This document shows positions 26,753 to 39,768 of a stretch of DNA of 64,000 nt, one piece after another. This DNA comes from Chiloscyllium plagiosum (Eukaryota). The stretch spans positions 78,769,738 to 78,833,737 of the forward strand of contig NC_057711.1 of assembly GCF_004010195.1 (NCBI RefSeq), written 5' to 3'. The position numbers and the translations under genes were made by a program. The notes under the pieces are model-generated. The model did no database searches. It saw only the letters and a program-made list of their open reading frames with translations, and was not told where the DNA came from. Positions within the stretch are counted from its first letter, which is position 1; each line of letters starts with the position of its first letter.

Positions 26753-28360
26753 AGAATTGAACTGAATTGAACTGAATTTATTGTCATGTGTACCGAGGCA
26801 CAGTGAAATGCTTTCTCTTGCGAACAGTACAGGCAGATCACGTAGTTAAGTAGCATAGATAAGTAAATAATAGGTAAACAGCAGCAAAAACAAAAACACA
26901 GGTACAGGTGAATGTTAAGAGTTTGTGAGTCCATTCAGTATTCTAACAACAGTAGGGTAGAAATTGTTTCAAAACGGGCTGGTGCATGTGTTCAGGCTTC
27001 TGTACCTTCTCCCCGATAGTAGAGGTTGTAGAAAAAACATTGCCAGGGTGGGATGGATCTTTAAGAATGCTGGCAGCCTTTCCTTGACAGCAGGCCTGGT
27101 AAATGGATTCTATAGATGGGAGGTTGGTTTTTGTGATTGTCCGGGCCGAGTTCACCACTCTCTGTAACCGTCTCCAATCTTGAGTGGTATAGTTGCCATA
27201 GTAGTTAGGGTACATCCAGACAGAATGTTCTTGATGGCGCACCTATAAAAGTTGGCAAGGATATCCACCGTCATGCCAAATTTCTTCAGCTGCCTGAGGA
27301 AGAAGAGATGTCGTTGGGCCTTTGTAACCACTGCGTCCACATGAAAAGTCCAAGAAAGCTTGTTGAGGATGACCACTCCCAGGAGCTTGACATTCTCCAC
27401 TGGTTTCACCTCTGTGCTGTTAATGTATAGGGGGGGCATGAGTACATCCTGCCGAAAGTCAATAATGAGTTCCTTGGTTTTGCTGGAATTGAGAGTTAGG
27501 TTGTTCTCAGTGCACCATTTTTCCAGGTCTTCCACCTCCCGTCTGTAGTCTGTTTCATCACCATCTGAGATTCGACCGACTATGGTGGTGTCATTAGCGA
27601 ACTTGTAAATGGCATTAGTCTGGTATTTGGCGACGCAGTCATGGATATACAGTGAGTACAGTAGGGGGCTGAGTATGCACCCCCGGGGGGCTCCAGTGTT
27701 GAGTGTTAATGAGGATGAAATATTGTCCCCAATCTTCACTGATTGTGGCTTGTGGGTCAGGAAACTGAGGATCCAGTTGCAGAGAGTGGGGCTTATTCCG
27801 AGATCAGTAAGTTTAGTAATCAGTCTGGAGGAGATAATAGTGTTGAAGGCTGAACCGAATTCAATGAATAGGATTCTTACGTAGCTGTTCTTGGTGTCTA
27901 GATGTTCTAGGGAGGAGTGAAGGCCAAGTGATATGGCATCTGATGTAGATCTGTTGGTCTGATAGGCAAATTGGAATGGGTCAAAAGTAGTGGGGAGGCT
28001 GGAGTTAATTAATGCCATAACCAGCCTTTCAAAGCACTTCATGATGACCAAAGTTACAGCCACTGGGCCATAGTCATTGAGAAATGCTGCATGAGCCTTC
28101 TTAGGCACAGGGATGATGTTAGACAAAAGTGAGGACTGCAGATGCAGGAAATCAGAGTCTAGATTAGAGTGGTGCTGGAAAAGCACAACAGGTCAGGCAG
28201 CATCTGAGGAGCAAGAAAGTTGACGTTTCGGGCAAAAGCCCTCCATCCCTGATGAAAGGCTTTTGCCCGAAAAGTCAACTTTCCTGCTCCTCGAATGCTG
28301 CCTGATCTGCTGTGCTTTTCCAGCGCCACTCTAATATAGACAGGGGTGATGTTGGCCACA
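26753..28360 (-). mobile_element. Rex1/Babar-clade LINE, 5'-truncated; RT frame open over 27152-28120 but catalytic motifs mutated
   Basis: IIPVPKK..LNDY.PVA.T..MKCFERLV, DPFQFAY..NRST.DAI, SAFNTI, GAPRGCILSPLLY, KFANDTT (FADD lost), KTKELIIDFR; 3' end aataaa-like signal plus (ttcaa/ttcag)n. Confidence 0.9.
28121..28339. mobile_element. Fold-back PLE-terminus insertion with back-to-back hammerhead halves, nested in the Rex1/Babar RT
   Basis: Palindrome axis about 28247; 14-bp TSD acagggatgatgtt (28107-28120) / acaggggtgatgtt (28340-28353). Confidence 0.87.
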
Positions 28361-28489
28361 GAATCACAAAATAGCTATGGTGCAGAAGGAGGCCACTTAG
28401 CCCATTATGCCTGCACCAACCCTTCAAGTGAGCATCATTACGTAGTGCTAATCTCCTGATATTTCTGACTTCTGACTTTACAATAGACA

Positions 28490-30680
28490 GGAGATAATTT
28501 TGATGAAGCAGCTGAAGATGATTGGGATGAGGACACTTTGGGGAATTTCTGCAGTAATGTGCTGCGACTAAGATGATTGACTTTCAACAGCCTCAGTCAA
28601 CTTCCTCTGCAATGTGTACGACTCCAACAAGTGGTGAGCTTCTCTCTGATTCCCATTGACTCTAATTTTCCTTGAGCTTCCTGTTGCCACACTTGGTCAA
28701 ATGCTGCCTTGCAGTCACTGGCAGTCACTTTCACCTTCCCTCTGGAATTCATCTCTTTTGTCCAGGAGTTCAGGAGGAGAGTAGCCACAGTGGATCTGAA
28801 ACTGAGTATCAGTGGGCAGATGACTCCTTTGTAAGTGCAACCTACTACAACATATGATGACTACCTCCTTCTGCTTTGCTGAAAATCAAGAGTAGAATTT
28901 TAGAGTGGTAATTGACCAAGTTGTTTTTTTTTATGTCCAGGACATACCTAGGCAATTATCCACATTGTCAGATAGATTAGATTAGATTACATTACAGTGT
29001 GGAAACAGGCCCTTCGGCCCAACAAGTCCACACCGACCCGCCGAAGCGAAACCCACCCATACCCCTACATTTACCCCTTACCTAACACTACGGGCAATTT
29101 AGCATGGCCAATTCACCTGACCCTGCACATCTTTTGGACTGTGGGAGGAAACCGGAGCACCCGGAGGAAACCCACGCAGACACGGGGAGAACGTGCAAAC
29201 TCCACACAGTCAGTCGCCTGAGGCGGGAAATGAACCCGGGTCTCAGGCGCTGTGAGGCAGCAGTGCTAACCACTGTGCCACCGTGCCGCCCACAGATAGA
29301 TGCCAGTGGTGTAGTAGTACGACAAGAGCTTGGCTCGGAATGCAGCAAATTCTGGAACACAACTTTCCAGGACTAATGTTGAAATATTGTGAGGGCTCAT
29401 AGTCTTTGCAGTTTCCAGTGTCTTCAGTCGTTCCTGAGAGTGGATCAAATTGTTTGAAAACTGGAATCTGGGGACCACAGGAGGAGGCTAAAATTGATCT
29501 TCCCCTCGGCATCTGGCTGAGGGTGGATGCAAAATATTTTAGTCTTGTGACTTGCAGTGATATACTGGATTCCTTCATCTTTGAGGATAAGGATAGTGTG
29601 AAGCATCCACATTCTGTTACCAGTTAAGTTGTCTCCCACCATTTATGATTAGATGTGACAAGACTGCAAAGCTTAGGTTTGATCTGTTTGTTGCGGGGAA
29701 CATTTAACATTGTTTATTACACAAATGGAGAGAATACAGGAGAAACTCAGTAAATCTGGAAGCAACTGTGAAGAGAGAAACAAAAATAACATTTGAGTCT
29801 GGCATAATTCTTCTGCAGAACCAATTGTTTATTGCATGCTGCTTTCATGGTTTGATGTGCAGGTAGTCCTGTTTTATAGCTGCACCAGGTTGAAACCTTA
29901 TTGCTAGGTTTTCTTGGTGCTGCTTCTTCCATGTCCTCCTGCAGTCTTCATCGACTCAGAATTGTTCCCCTGACTTGATGCTAACGGTAAAATGGGTGAT
30001 TTGCCAGAACATGGGTTTACAAAATATGGTCAAATCCATTTCTGCTCATGGCCTACATTGCCCATGGATGTTTAGTTTTGAGTTTCTGGATGTATTTGAA
30101 GTCTATCCCATTTACAGTGGCACTAGTGCACGGTAGTCTCAATGCAAAATGGGACTTCACCTCCACACAAACTGTATGATGGTCAGTCCTATAGATACAC
30201 TCATAGATAGATCCTTCTCTGACATGTAGATTGGTGTGGATGACATCACTAAGATATTAACTTTTTGTTGGCTCCCTCATCACCTCGAGCAGAAACAGTT
30301 TAGCAGCTATGTCCTTTAGGATTTTACCAGCTCTGTCAGTAGTTGTGTTCTCAAGCCACTCTTGGTGACGGAGTTTCTTGGTCCACCCACCCACCCAGAG
30401 AAAATTCAACTCTCTTTCCAAGAACAGTGCTTCTTCTAAATATTGTTCAACATGGAGGAGTACTGATTTGTGAGTTGAGCGAGAGTGATAATGGGGTATA
30501 GAGTATTCAGCAGGAGGTTTCCTTGTCCATTTTGACCTGATGTCATGAGTTTCCTTGGGATTCTGAGTCTATGCGGAGGATTTCCAGGGTTACTCCCTCC
30601 CAACTGTATGCCACTGTGTTGTCACCTCTGGTGGGTTTGCCTTGCCTGGGGGACAGGACATATTTGGTGATGCTGATGGA
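28490..30680 (-). mobile_element. Old L2/CR1-group LINE (same family as 11440-13095), decayed APE-RT
   Basis: DCKAAFDQVW..KLESMGI; reverse complement of the 11650-12000 segment; interrupted by a SINE and a PLE remnant (about 29720-29820). Confidence 0.75.
28972..29290 (-). mobile_element. HE1-type SINE (young)
   Basis: Complete head, core and (tagat)n tail. Confidence 0.95.
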
Positions 30681-31049
30681 GATGTACCCTGCTCCTACAT
30701 ATTCTGTTCTTTTAAAATTGTGAATGCAGTAACCGCACAGCAAGGAACCTATTAGAACTACCTGAAAATGCATAAATAAGAAAAACAACTTGTACTTATA
30801 TGGCACATTAAAAATATTAAATTTGAGCACTATGAAATAAAATTTGACATCAAGCCACATAATGAGCTACTTAACAGTGGAGAGAGAACTAGAAAGATGG
30901 AAAAAATTTATTGGGGGATTTTCAAAACTTAGGGACTAGTCTGTTAGATGCACAACTACCAGAGATGGAGTGATTAAAATCAGAAATGCATACGGGCTAG
31001 AATTGGAAAAGTTTTCAAGGACTAGAGGATTACAGTGTAAGGGAGGACC

Positions 31050-32036
31050 AGACTATGGAGGAATTAAGTATCATCACTAAAGAAGTAGTATTAAACAAAC
31101 GAATGAGACTAAAGGCATATCATCTTCCTGGCCCTTACAGCTTGCATCTTAGGATTCTTAAAGAAGTAGCTACAGAAATAGTAGATTCATTGGTTGTAGT
31201 TTTTCAGAAGTCCTTTGACTCTGAACAACTACCAGAGGATGGAAAACTGCCAATGTGTTATCACTATTCAAAAGGTAGGGATCCAAAAAGCAGGTAACTA
31301 TAGGCCAACTATCTTAACATCTGTTGATGGAAAATGTTGGAATCAATTATTAATGAAGTAATAGCAGCATATTTGGAAAGTTCTAATCTAATCAAGCAGA
31401 GTCAGCATGGCTTTGTGAAGGGCAATCATGTCTGGCAAATTTAAAGGAGTTTTTGAGAAAGTCTCAGCCTGTAGATGTGTTGTATTTGGAATTCCAGAAG
31501 GTGTTCGACAAGGTACCGCACAAAAGGTTAAATCATTTGATAAGAGCTCATGGTGTTGGAGGTTTCATATTAGCATGGAGAGAGAATTGACTAATCGCCA
31601 GGAAACAGCAAATGGGGATAATGGGCTCTTTATCAGTTTGGTGAACTATGATCAGTAGAATTTCACTGGGATCACTGATGGGACCATAACTGTTTCCAAT
31701 AAAATTACTGACTTAGAGGAATGAAGTGAATGTACTATAGCCAATCTTGCAGATGACACAAAAATAGATGGAAGGATAAATTGCAAGAGGTATACAAGCA
31801 GTATACAGAAAGATATTGATAAGCTAAGTTAGCAGACAAAAAGTTGCCAAATGGAATATAATGTGGAAAAATGTGAAGTTATTGTTTTAGGAAGGGACAA
31901 CAAAATGACAGAATGTTAATTAAATGGAAAAAAAACTGCAGAAGGCTTTGACTCAAAGAGACTTGGGGTGTTTGTGTTGAAACACAGAAAGCTATCAGGT
32001 TATCAGGAAGGCTAATGGAATGTTAGCCCTTATCTC
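31050..32036 (+). mobile_element. Decayed CR1 RT fragment
   Basis: LHLRILKEVATEIVDSLVVVFQKS, NYRP, SQHGFVKG, FQKVFDKVPH, ADDTKI. Confidence 0.85.
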
Positions 32037-32355
32037 TGTAAAAAATGGCGCATAGTTTGTCTTCCTTCGAAAGTTCTGTGCTGCAAGGGAACAGTCTAAT
32101 TGGAAGTAAAGCTCTGCAATTCTGAAGGAGCCCTAGTTAGGATCTCTTGCCTTTTTGTGGTGTTAAAAAAAGGCTGCAGACCTCACTTTCTCCCTAATGG
32201 AATGTTAGCCCTTATCTCTGTAAAAAATGGCGCATAGTTTGTCTTCCTTCAAAAGTTCTGTGCTGCAAGGGAACAGTCTAATTGGAAGTAAAGCTCTGCA
32301 ATTCTGAAGGAGCCCTAGTTAGGATCTCTTGCCTTTTTGTGGTGTTAAAAAAAGG
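32012..32355 (+). repeat. 162-bp direct duplication (32012-32173, 32194-32355) separated by a 20-nt PLE-terminus sequence
   Basis: Copies appear to differ only at cttcgaaag/cttcaaaag; spacer ctgcagacctcactttctcc. Confidence 0.92.
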
Positions 32356-32643
32356 AGCAGAGTAGTGATCTGCAAGACATTGACACTCCTCAGAAAATTC
32401 TGCCAATAGGTTTTAGATGTAAAGACTATGTCTTTTTTTTTAATTGTGCTTTTTAACACTGTGTGCTGAAATGAAAAAGAACTGTTTTGAAACACAGGTC
32501 TTTTCAAGGATGGCCGCACGCTTTGAAAGCAAGAAATTTAATGCCACTTGTGAACCCTGTTTTTGGGTTCTGACGAACTGAAGCCTGGGGGCAGTTTAAA
32601 AGTGAGGTTGATTTGTTTGTGGTTTAGCAACTTATTAACGAAT

Positions 32644-33334
32644 TGTTATGACACAGGGTAAATTCCCCCATGCTAATTTCAACCAGCAACACAGAAAAGA
32701 TTTACCCTCTGCGGTAATCTGTTAAAGTTCAAGAACTATCCCAACAGTCACTATTTAAAGTAAAAATTAACAACTTTTTAAAAGTCTAACTGAGACTAAT
32801 TAAGTAACAGCTATTTACAACTCCTTTCTCTAACCTATATTTTACTTTCCCTTCTAAAATCCCGCCCAAAAAACAACCTTGATTAAGATTTACCAAAAAT
32901 CCAAATTTCAAAACCAGCCAGATGTCGAATATTCCTTTCTTTCTCCCTCTGTCATCTTTTCTTCTTCTTAGGAATTTTGTGTCACAGGTCATTGAGAGAT
33001 AAAGGTACTTTTAAGAGAGGTATTCTTGGTGGCTTGGCAGTTCTTCCTCAACTGTTCAATTTTGTTTTGGTTTTATACCCCAGAGCATTGGATCATTTCA
33101 TTGATGTTAATATTGACAAAATACTAAATTCAAACTTGATTAAAGTTTGGTATTTTGGGGCATAATTTAAACCGATAGGCGGAATTTGATTTTTTTTTTC
33201 TCCAGGCAACCCAGCTACTCTAGCTGTTTGACAAATGTTATAGTGTTACCTTGTTCAGAACACTTGGTGCTGTGTCAGCTAGTTCTGTTGGCTTTTAACT
33301 CTCAAAGGTATTGTACCTGTACATCTTCATAACA
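32644..33334. mobile_element. Solo LTR (Gypsy/ERV type)
   Basis: Ends tgttatga...tcataaca (8-bp inverted); flanks gaat/caat (4-bp TSD, one mismatch). Confidence 0.7.
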
Positions 33335-33734
33335 CAATGACAATGTCCTCTCTCTGTCAACAATGGGGTGATTAGTTGTTGGGGAGCTGAACAATTTGGA
33401 CTGTTAAAAAAGACAGAGAGAAACTAGGTCAGACCAGAAAAGAAACCAGCATGCCTGCAGCAGTCAAAACCTCTTCCCTGAAAATGCATTTGCTAATTTT
33501 GAATATTTATGTGATTTATTTTAACATGTTTCTACGTGCATCCCAGTCACTGGGACTAACTGCTGGCATTGACTTCTGTGACTATATGCTTCCATTACCT
33601 TCTCATTGCATGTCTGGACAGCCTCTTGAGGTTCTGCGAATACAGATCTTCACTTCTCCTCTCTACTTCTGCCATTAAGGCTTCCAGTGCAGGATCCAAG
33701 ATCCTTGGGGCACTCTTTCTCCTATGGTTAGTTA

Positions 33735-34845
33735 GAATCATAGAGTCATAGAGTAAAACAACATGGAAACAGACGCTTTAGTCCAACTAGTCCATGCCGA
33801 CCATAATCCCAAACTAAAATAGTCTCAGCTAACTGCATTTGTCTCATTTCTTATTCATGTACTTATCTAAATGTCTTTTAAAAGTTGTAACTATTCCCAG
33901 ATCCACCACTTCCCCTGAAAGTTAATTCCACACATGAGTGGAATTAACAATCATCCCTCATATCCTTTGTAAGTCATTCTCCTCTCACCTTAAAAATTCT
34001 ATTCTTGAAGTTCCCCACCTGAGGAAAAATACACCTTTCATTCACTTAACCTATACCCCTAACAATTTAATTAAACCTCTATAAGGTCACCCCTCAACTC
34101 CTATGCTCTGGTGAAAAAGGTCCCAGCCTATGCAACATCTCTTCAGAACTCAAATCCTCTATTCCCAGCAACATCCTGGGAAATCGTTTCTGAACATTCT
34201 CCAGCTTAATTATATCCATATTATAAGAGGGCCACCTGAACTGGGCATAGCATTCCAGAAGAGGCTGCACTAAAGTCTTGTACAACCTCAACATAACATC
34301 CCAAATGCCTTCTTAACCACCCTGTCTATATGTGACACAAACTTCAAAGAATTATGTACCTGAACCCTAGACCTCTCTGCTCTCCAACACTAACCAGGCC
34401 CTACTTTTAATTATATAAGTCCTTCCCTTCTTTGTAAGTAATTCATCAAATTTATCCAAATTAAGCTCCATCTGCCACTCTTCAGCCCACTGACCCAATT
34501 GATCAAGATCTCTTTGTAATCTTAGATAATCTTCTTCACTGTTCACTATATTACCATAAACATGCCTTCTATATTCTCATCTAAGTCATTTATGTGAATG
34601 ACAACAAAAGTGGACCCAGCACTGATCTCTGCAGAATACCATTGGTCGTAGGTTTCCAGTCCAAAAAAGAACCCTCCTCATCACTCTCTGTCATCTACTG
34701 TCAAGACATTTTTGTATGCAATTGGCAAACTCTCCCTGAATCCCATCTGATCTAACTTTACTAATTAGTCTACTATGCTGGACCTTGTAAAAGACTTTAC
34801 TAAAGTTTAAGTAAAAAATATCTACAGTTCTGCCCTCATCAATCT
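33735..34845 (-). mobile_element. Older CR1 (3' UTR and RT), continuing at 38128-38200
   Basis: MLRLYKTLVQPLLECYAQFRWP..LENVQKRF; GFVQGKWCLTNLVEFFEEVT on the far side of the nested copy. Confidence 0.85.
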
Positions 34846-37800
34846 GTCATAGGGTCATAGTCATAGAGTCGTACAGCATGGAAACAGACCCTTCGGCCCA
34901 ATCTGTCCATGCCGACCAGATACCCCAACCCAATCTAGTCCCACCTGCCAGCACCAAGCCCATATCCGTCCAAACCCTTCCTATTCATATACCCATCCAA
35001 ATGCCTCTTAACTATTGCAATTGTACCAGCATCCACCACTTCATATGGCAGCTCAGTCCATACATGCACTACCCTCTGCATGAAAAAGTTGCCCCTTAGG
35101 TCTCTTTTATATCTTTCTCCTCTCACCCTAAACCTATGCCCTCTAGTTCTGGACTCCCCGACCCCACGGAAAAGACTTTGCCTATTTACGCAATCCATGC
35201 CCCTCATAAAAGTGTATAAATCCTGTTAAGATTTGTTTTCCTAAAATGCAGCACCTCGCATTTATCTGAATTAAACTCCATCTGCCACTTCTCAGCCCAT
35301 TGGCCCATCTGGTCAAGATCCTGTTGTAATCTGAGGTAACCCTCTTCGCTGTCCACTACACCTCCAATTTTGGTGTCATCTGCAAACTTACTAACTGTAC
35401 CTCTTATGCTCACATCCAAATCATTTATGTAAATGACAAAAAGTAGAGGAACCAGCACTGATCCTTGTGGCACTCCACTGGTCACAGGCCTCCAGTCTGA
35501 NNNNNNNNNNNNNNNNNNNNNNNNNNNNNNNNNNNNNNNNNNNNNNNNNNNNNNNNNNNNNNNNNNNNNNNNNNNNNNNNNNNNNNNNNNNNNNNNNNNN
35601 NNNNNNNNNNNNNNNNNNNNNNNNNNNNNNNNNNNNNNNNNNNNNNNNNNNNNNNNNNNNNNNNNNNNNNNNNNNNNNNNNNNNNNNNNNNNNNNNNNNN
35701 NNNNNNNNNNNNNNNNNNNNNNNNNNNNNNNNNNNNNNNNNNNNNNNNNNNNNNNNNNNNNNNNNNNNNNNNNNNNNNNNNNNNNNNNNNNNNNNNNNNN
35801 NNNNNNNNNNNNNNNNNNNNNNNNNNNNNNNNNNNNNNNNNNNNNNNNNNNNNNNNNNNNNNNNNNNNNNNNNNNNNNNNNNNNNNNNNNNNNNNNNNNN
35901 NNNNNNNNNNNNNNNNNNNNNNNNNNNNNNNNNNNNNNNNNNNNNNNNNNNNNNNNNNNNNNNNNNNNNNNNNNNNNNNNNNNNNNNNNNNNNNNNNNNN
36001 NNNNNNNNNNNNNNNNNNNNNNNNNNNNNNNNNNNNNNNNNNNNNNNNNNNNNNNNNNNNNNNNNNNNNNNNNNNNNNNNNNNNNNNNNNNNNNNNNNNN
36101 NNNNNNNNNNNNNNNNNNNNNNNNNNNNNNNNNNNNNNNNNNNNNNNNNNNNNNNNNNNNNNNNNNNNNNNNNNNNNNNNNNNNNNNNNNNNNNNNNNNN
36201 NNNNNNNNNTTTCAAGACATCCAGCACTTCCTCCTCTGAATTGTGGACCTTTTTCAAGGTGTCACCATCTATTTCCCTACGTTCTATATCTTCCATGTCC
36301 TTTTCCACAGTAAATACTGATGCAAAATACTCATTTAGTATCTCCCCCATTTTCTGCTGCTCCACACAAAGGCCGCCTTGCTGATCTTTGAGGGGCCCTA
36401 TTCTCTCCCTAGTTACCTTTTTGTCCTTAATGTATTTGTAAAAGCCCTTTGGATTCTCCTTAATTCTATTTGCCAAAGCTATCTCACGTCCCCTTTTTGC
36501 CCTCCTGATTTCCCTCTCAGGTATACTCCAATTTCCTTTATACTCTTCTAAGGATTCACTTGATCTATCCTGTCTGTACCTTATATATGCTTCCTCCTTT
36601 TTCTTAACCAAACCCTCAATTTCTTTAGGCATCCAGCATTCTCTATACCTACCAGCCTTCCCTTTCACCATAACAGAATATACTTTCTCTGGCTTCTCGT
36701 TATCTCGTTTCTGAAGGCTTCCCATTTTCCAGCCGTCCCTTTACCTGCGAGCATCTGCCCCCAATTGGCTTTCGAAAGTTCTTGCCTCATACCGTCAAAA
36801 TTGGCCTTTTTCCAATTTAGAACTTCAACTTTTAGATCTGGTCTATCCTTTTCCATCATTATTTTAAATCTAATAGAATTATGGTCACTGGCCCCCAACA
36901 TGCTCCCCCACTGACACCTCTGTCCCCTGCCCTGCCTTATTTCCCAAGAATAGGTCAAGTTTTGCACCTTCTCTAGTAGGTACATCCACATTCTGAATCA
37001 GAAAATTGTCTTGTACACACTTAACAAATTCTTCTTCATCTAAACCCTTAACACTATGGCAGTCCCGGTCTATGTTTGGAAAGTTAAAATCCCCTACCCT
37101 AACCACCCGATTATTCTTACAGATAGCTGAGATGTCCTTATAAGTTTGTTTCTCAATTTCCCTCTGACTATTAGGGGGTGTATAATACAATCCCAATAAG
37201 ATGATCATCCCTTTCTTATTTCTCAGTTCCATCCAAATAACTTCCTTGGATGTATTTCTGGGAATATCCTCCCTCAGCTGTAATGCTATCCCTTATCAAA
37301 AGTGCCCCTCCTCTCCTCTCTTGCCTCCCTTTCTATCTTTCCTGTAGCATTTGTATCCTGGAACATTAAGCTGCCAGTCCTGCCCATCCCTGAGCCATGT
37401 TTCTGTAATTGCTCTGATATCCCTGTCCCATGTTCCTAACGATGCCCTGAGTTCATCTGCCTTCCCTGATAGGCTCCCTGCGTTGAAATAAATGCTATTT
37501 AATTTATTAGTCCTACCTTGTCCCTGCCTGCCCTGACTGTTTGACTCACTTCTGTTCTCAACTGTACAAATCTCAGATTGATCTCTTTCCTCACTATCTC
37601 CCTGGGTCCCCCCCCCCCCCCCCCCCCACACACACACACAAACACCTTACTAGTTTAAATCCTCCCGAGCAGTTCTAGCAAATCTCCCTGCCAGTATATT
37701 AGTCCCCTTCCAATTTAGGTGCAATTCATCCTTCTTGTACAGGTTACTTCTAACCCAAAAGAGATTCCAATGGTCCAAAAAATGTGAATCCTTCTCTCAT

Positions 37801-38127
37801 ACACCAGCTCCTCAGCCATGCATTCATCTGCTCAATTCTCCTATTCCTGCCCTTACTAGCCCGTAGCACTGGGAGTAATCCAGATTTTACTACTCTCGAG
37901 GACCTCCTTTTTAAAATTTCTGCCTAAGTCTCTGTAATCTCCCATCCGAATTGCAACCTTTTCCCTTCGTATGTCGTTGGTTCCAATGTGGACAATGACC
38001 TCTTGCTGGCCCCTCTCTCCCAGGAGAACATTCTGCACCCTCTCTGAGACATCCTTGATCCTGGCACCAGGTAAACAACACACCATTCTGCTTTTTCACT
38101 GTTGGCCACAGAAACATCTGTCTGTAC
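34846..38127 (-). mobile_element. Younger CR1 (ORF1 esterase-like, APE, RT, 3' UTR) nested in the older CR1; internal deletion near 35207; spans an assembly gap
   Basis: VCCLPGARIKDVSERV..VIVHIGTNDI (ORF1), SIYFNAGSL..AITETWL, VGDFNFP, GVPQGSVL, SKFADDTKIGG; poly-C/(CA)n between the ORFs; (ctatgact)n-type tail. Confidence 0.93.
35501..36209. other. Assembly gap (N run)
   Basis: Run of n. Confidence 1.
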
Positions 38128-39588
38128 TTCAGAGTAGCTTGGTTACTTCCTCAAAAAACTCAACCAAGTTTGTGAGACACCATTTCCCTTGCACAAAACC
38201 AAGTTCTTTTTGATTCTTCACAACACAGTGAATATACCATTTCCTCCACTCTGAATGATTCTGTTTAAATAGTCCAGTTTTAAATAGTGCTGGGAAATAA
38301 AATGTTGTGCCACCTGCTGATGTTTGCAATCAATGCACGGCAGCGCTGATCTTTTTTGAAATCATTCTCGTGAATGGATATCAAAACATGGATCTGCTGC
38401 TCATTTTACAATGAATGGCCAGGCAGTTATTGCGCATTGTAATCATGGCTCCTGTTTTTGGAGACTATCTGATTGAACCCTGAAAATCTCACACAAACGG
38501 GCAGATAATTTGTAGTGCATGTTTGCTTATTTGTACCTGAATATTAAATTGGACAGGAACCACTGTGGAATCTGATTTAGGTAGCGAAAGGCATGTTTGA
38601 GGTAGGTAGTCTGCACAGCCATGTTGAGGCATCAGCCATGTTTTGGGAATGAGTAAGTTGACGTTGCCAATGCACCCTTCCTTGCGCTATGCATTTTTCG
38701 ACAATTGGCTGCCCATGAGTTGAATTTCCTCATGTATCTAGAATTCTGTAAACCATCTTGATATTGCACTAGTGCATCATTGAGGGGAAAAATGGATGAT
38801 TGATGGGAAATAGTCTCCCAGAAGAAATAATTGCAGACACCAGCTCCTGCTCAAAGTTTGCAAAAGCTAGCATGGGAGCAGAAACAAATTTCAAAATTCC
38901 TCACGGGAATTGGGCAGGGGAAAACTGTTAAAAATATTGGAAGATGGGATATTTGAAAAAGCTTTGTGTTTTTAGATTTACTTATGTTTTTATTATGCTA
39001 TATGCTATGACCTTAAAATTTCACAGGGATGGTTTATTTTTATTCATGTGATGCTTTTTTTTCTACTGAGCAAGCCAGTAATCTGTGCATGATAGTATTT
39101 ATGGAGCAGAGAGTTCCATGAGTTTTTCAGAGGCAACATTTAAAACTGGCTAGTAACAGAAGAGGGGCTTCTGCAAGATCTTTATTTGGTCACTCAGGAT
39201 AGTTCAGGGGTCACTAAGGAGGCATTTAAAGATTAAAGATGGTGAGTAGGGTTATGAGAACCAGGGAGAAGCAGATTCTATGTTGAGCATGCTGCAGTTA
39301 ATTGTCCTGCTGGGAAAACAGCTGAAGTACATAGGGGACTCAGTGAGGAGTCAAAAATATTTGACCCTGGACTTCACATTGTGGTTGGGCCCCAAATTAT
39401 GTTATAATTCCATTTTGTATTAATCATGATTTGTAACACAAAGGACTTATTATAAATTTCTCAACGTGAATACAGAAGAAAGTTATTTTTCTTACTTCTC
39501 CGTTGATAGAGAAATGTTCTTCCATTGGGTCCTTAATGTTTCATATGGAATGCACGTATTTCTGATTGACAACCAGCTTTAAACTCAA

Positions 39589-39768
39589 AAGTTAAAAATC
39601 ACACAACACCAGGTTCTCGTCCAACAGGTTTAATTGATAATCACCTGATGAAGGAGTGTCGCTCCGAAAGCTAGTGTGCTTCCAATTAAACCTGTTGGAC
39701 TATAACCTGGTGTTGTGTGATTTTTAACTTTGTACACCCCAGTCCAATACCGGCATCTCCGAATCATG
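39589..39768 (+). mobile_element. 180-bp hairpin PLE-type mini-element of a second family with an intact hammerhead in its loop
   Basis: About 50-bp inverted arms (39587-39636 / 39683-39732); 14-bp TSD agctttaaactcaa at 39575-39588 and 39769-39782. Confidence 0.88.
39642..39676 (+). ncRNA. Minimal type I hammerhead ribozyme motif, predicted cleavage after A39673 (CUA)
   Basis: CAC-CUGAUGA-A-GGAG-UGUCG-CUCC-GAAA-GC-UA-GUG: stem I CAC/GUG, stem II GGAG/CUCC, palindromic AGCU stem III. Confidence 0.8.

Noticed and set aside
27152..28186. 344-aa ORF as an active or domesticated reverse transcriptase
   Set aside because: Start comes from an inserted palindrome; FADD is FAND and PQG is PRG; frameshift at the 3' end; 5'-truncated
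35421..36725. Long ORFs of 268-434 aa
   Set aside because: Artefacts of translating through the N gap; flanks are CR1 ORF2
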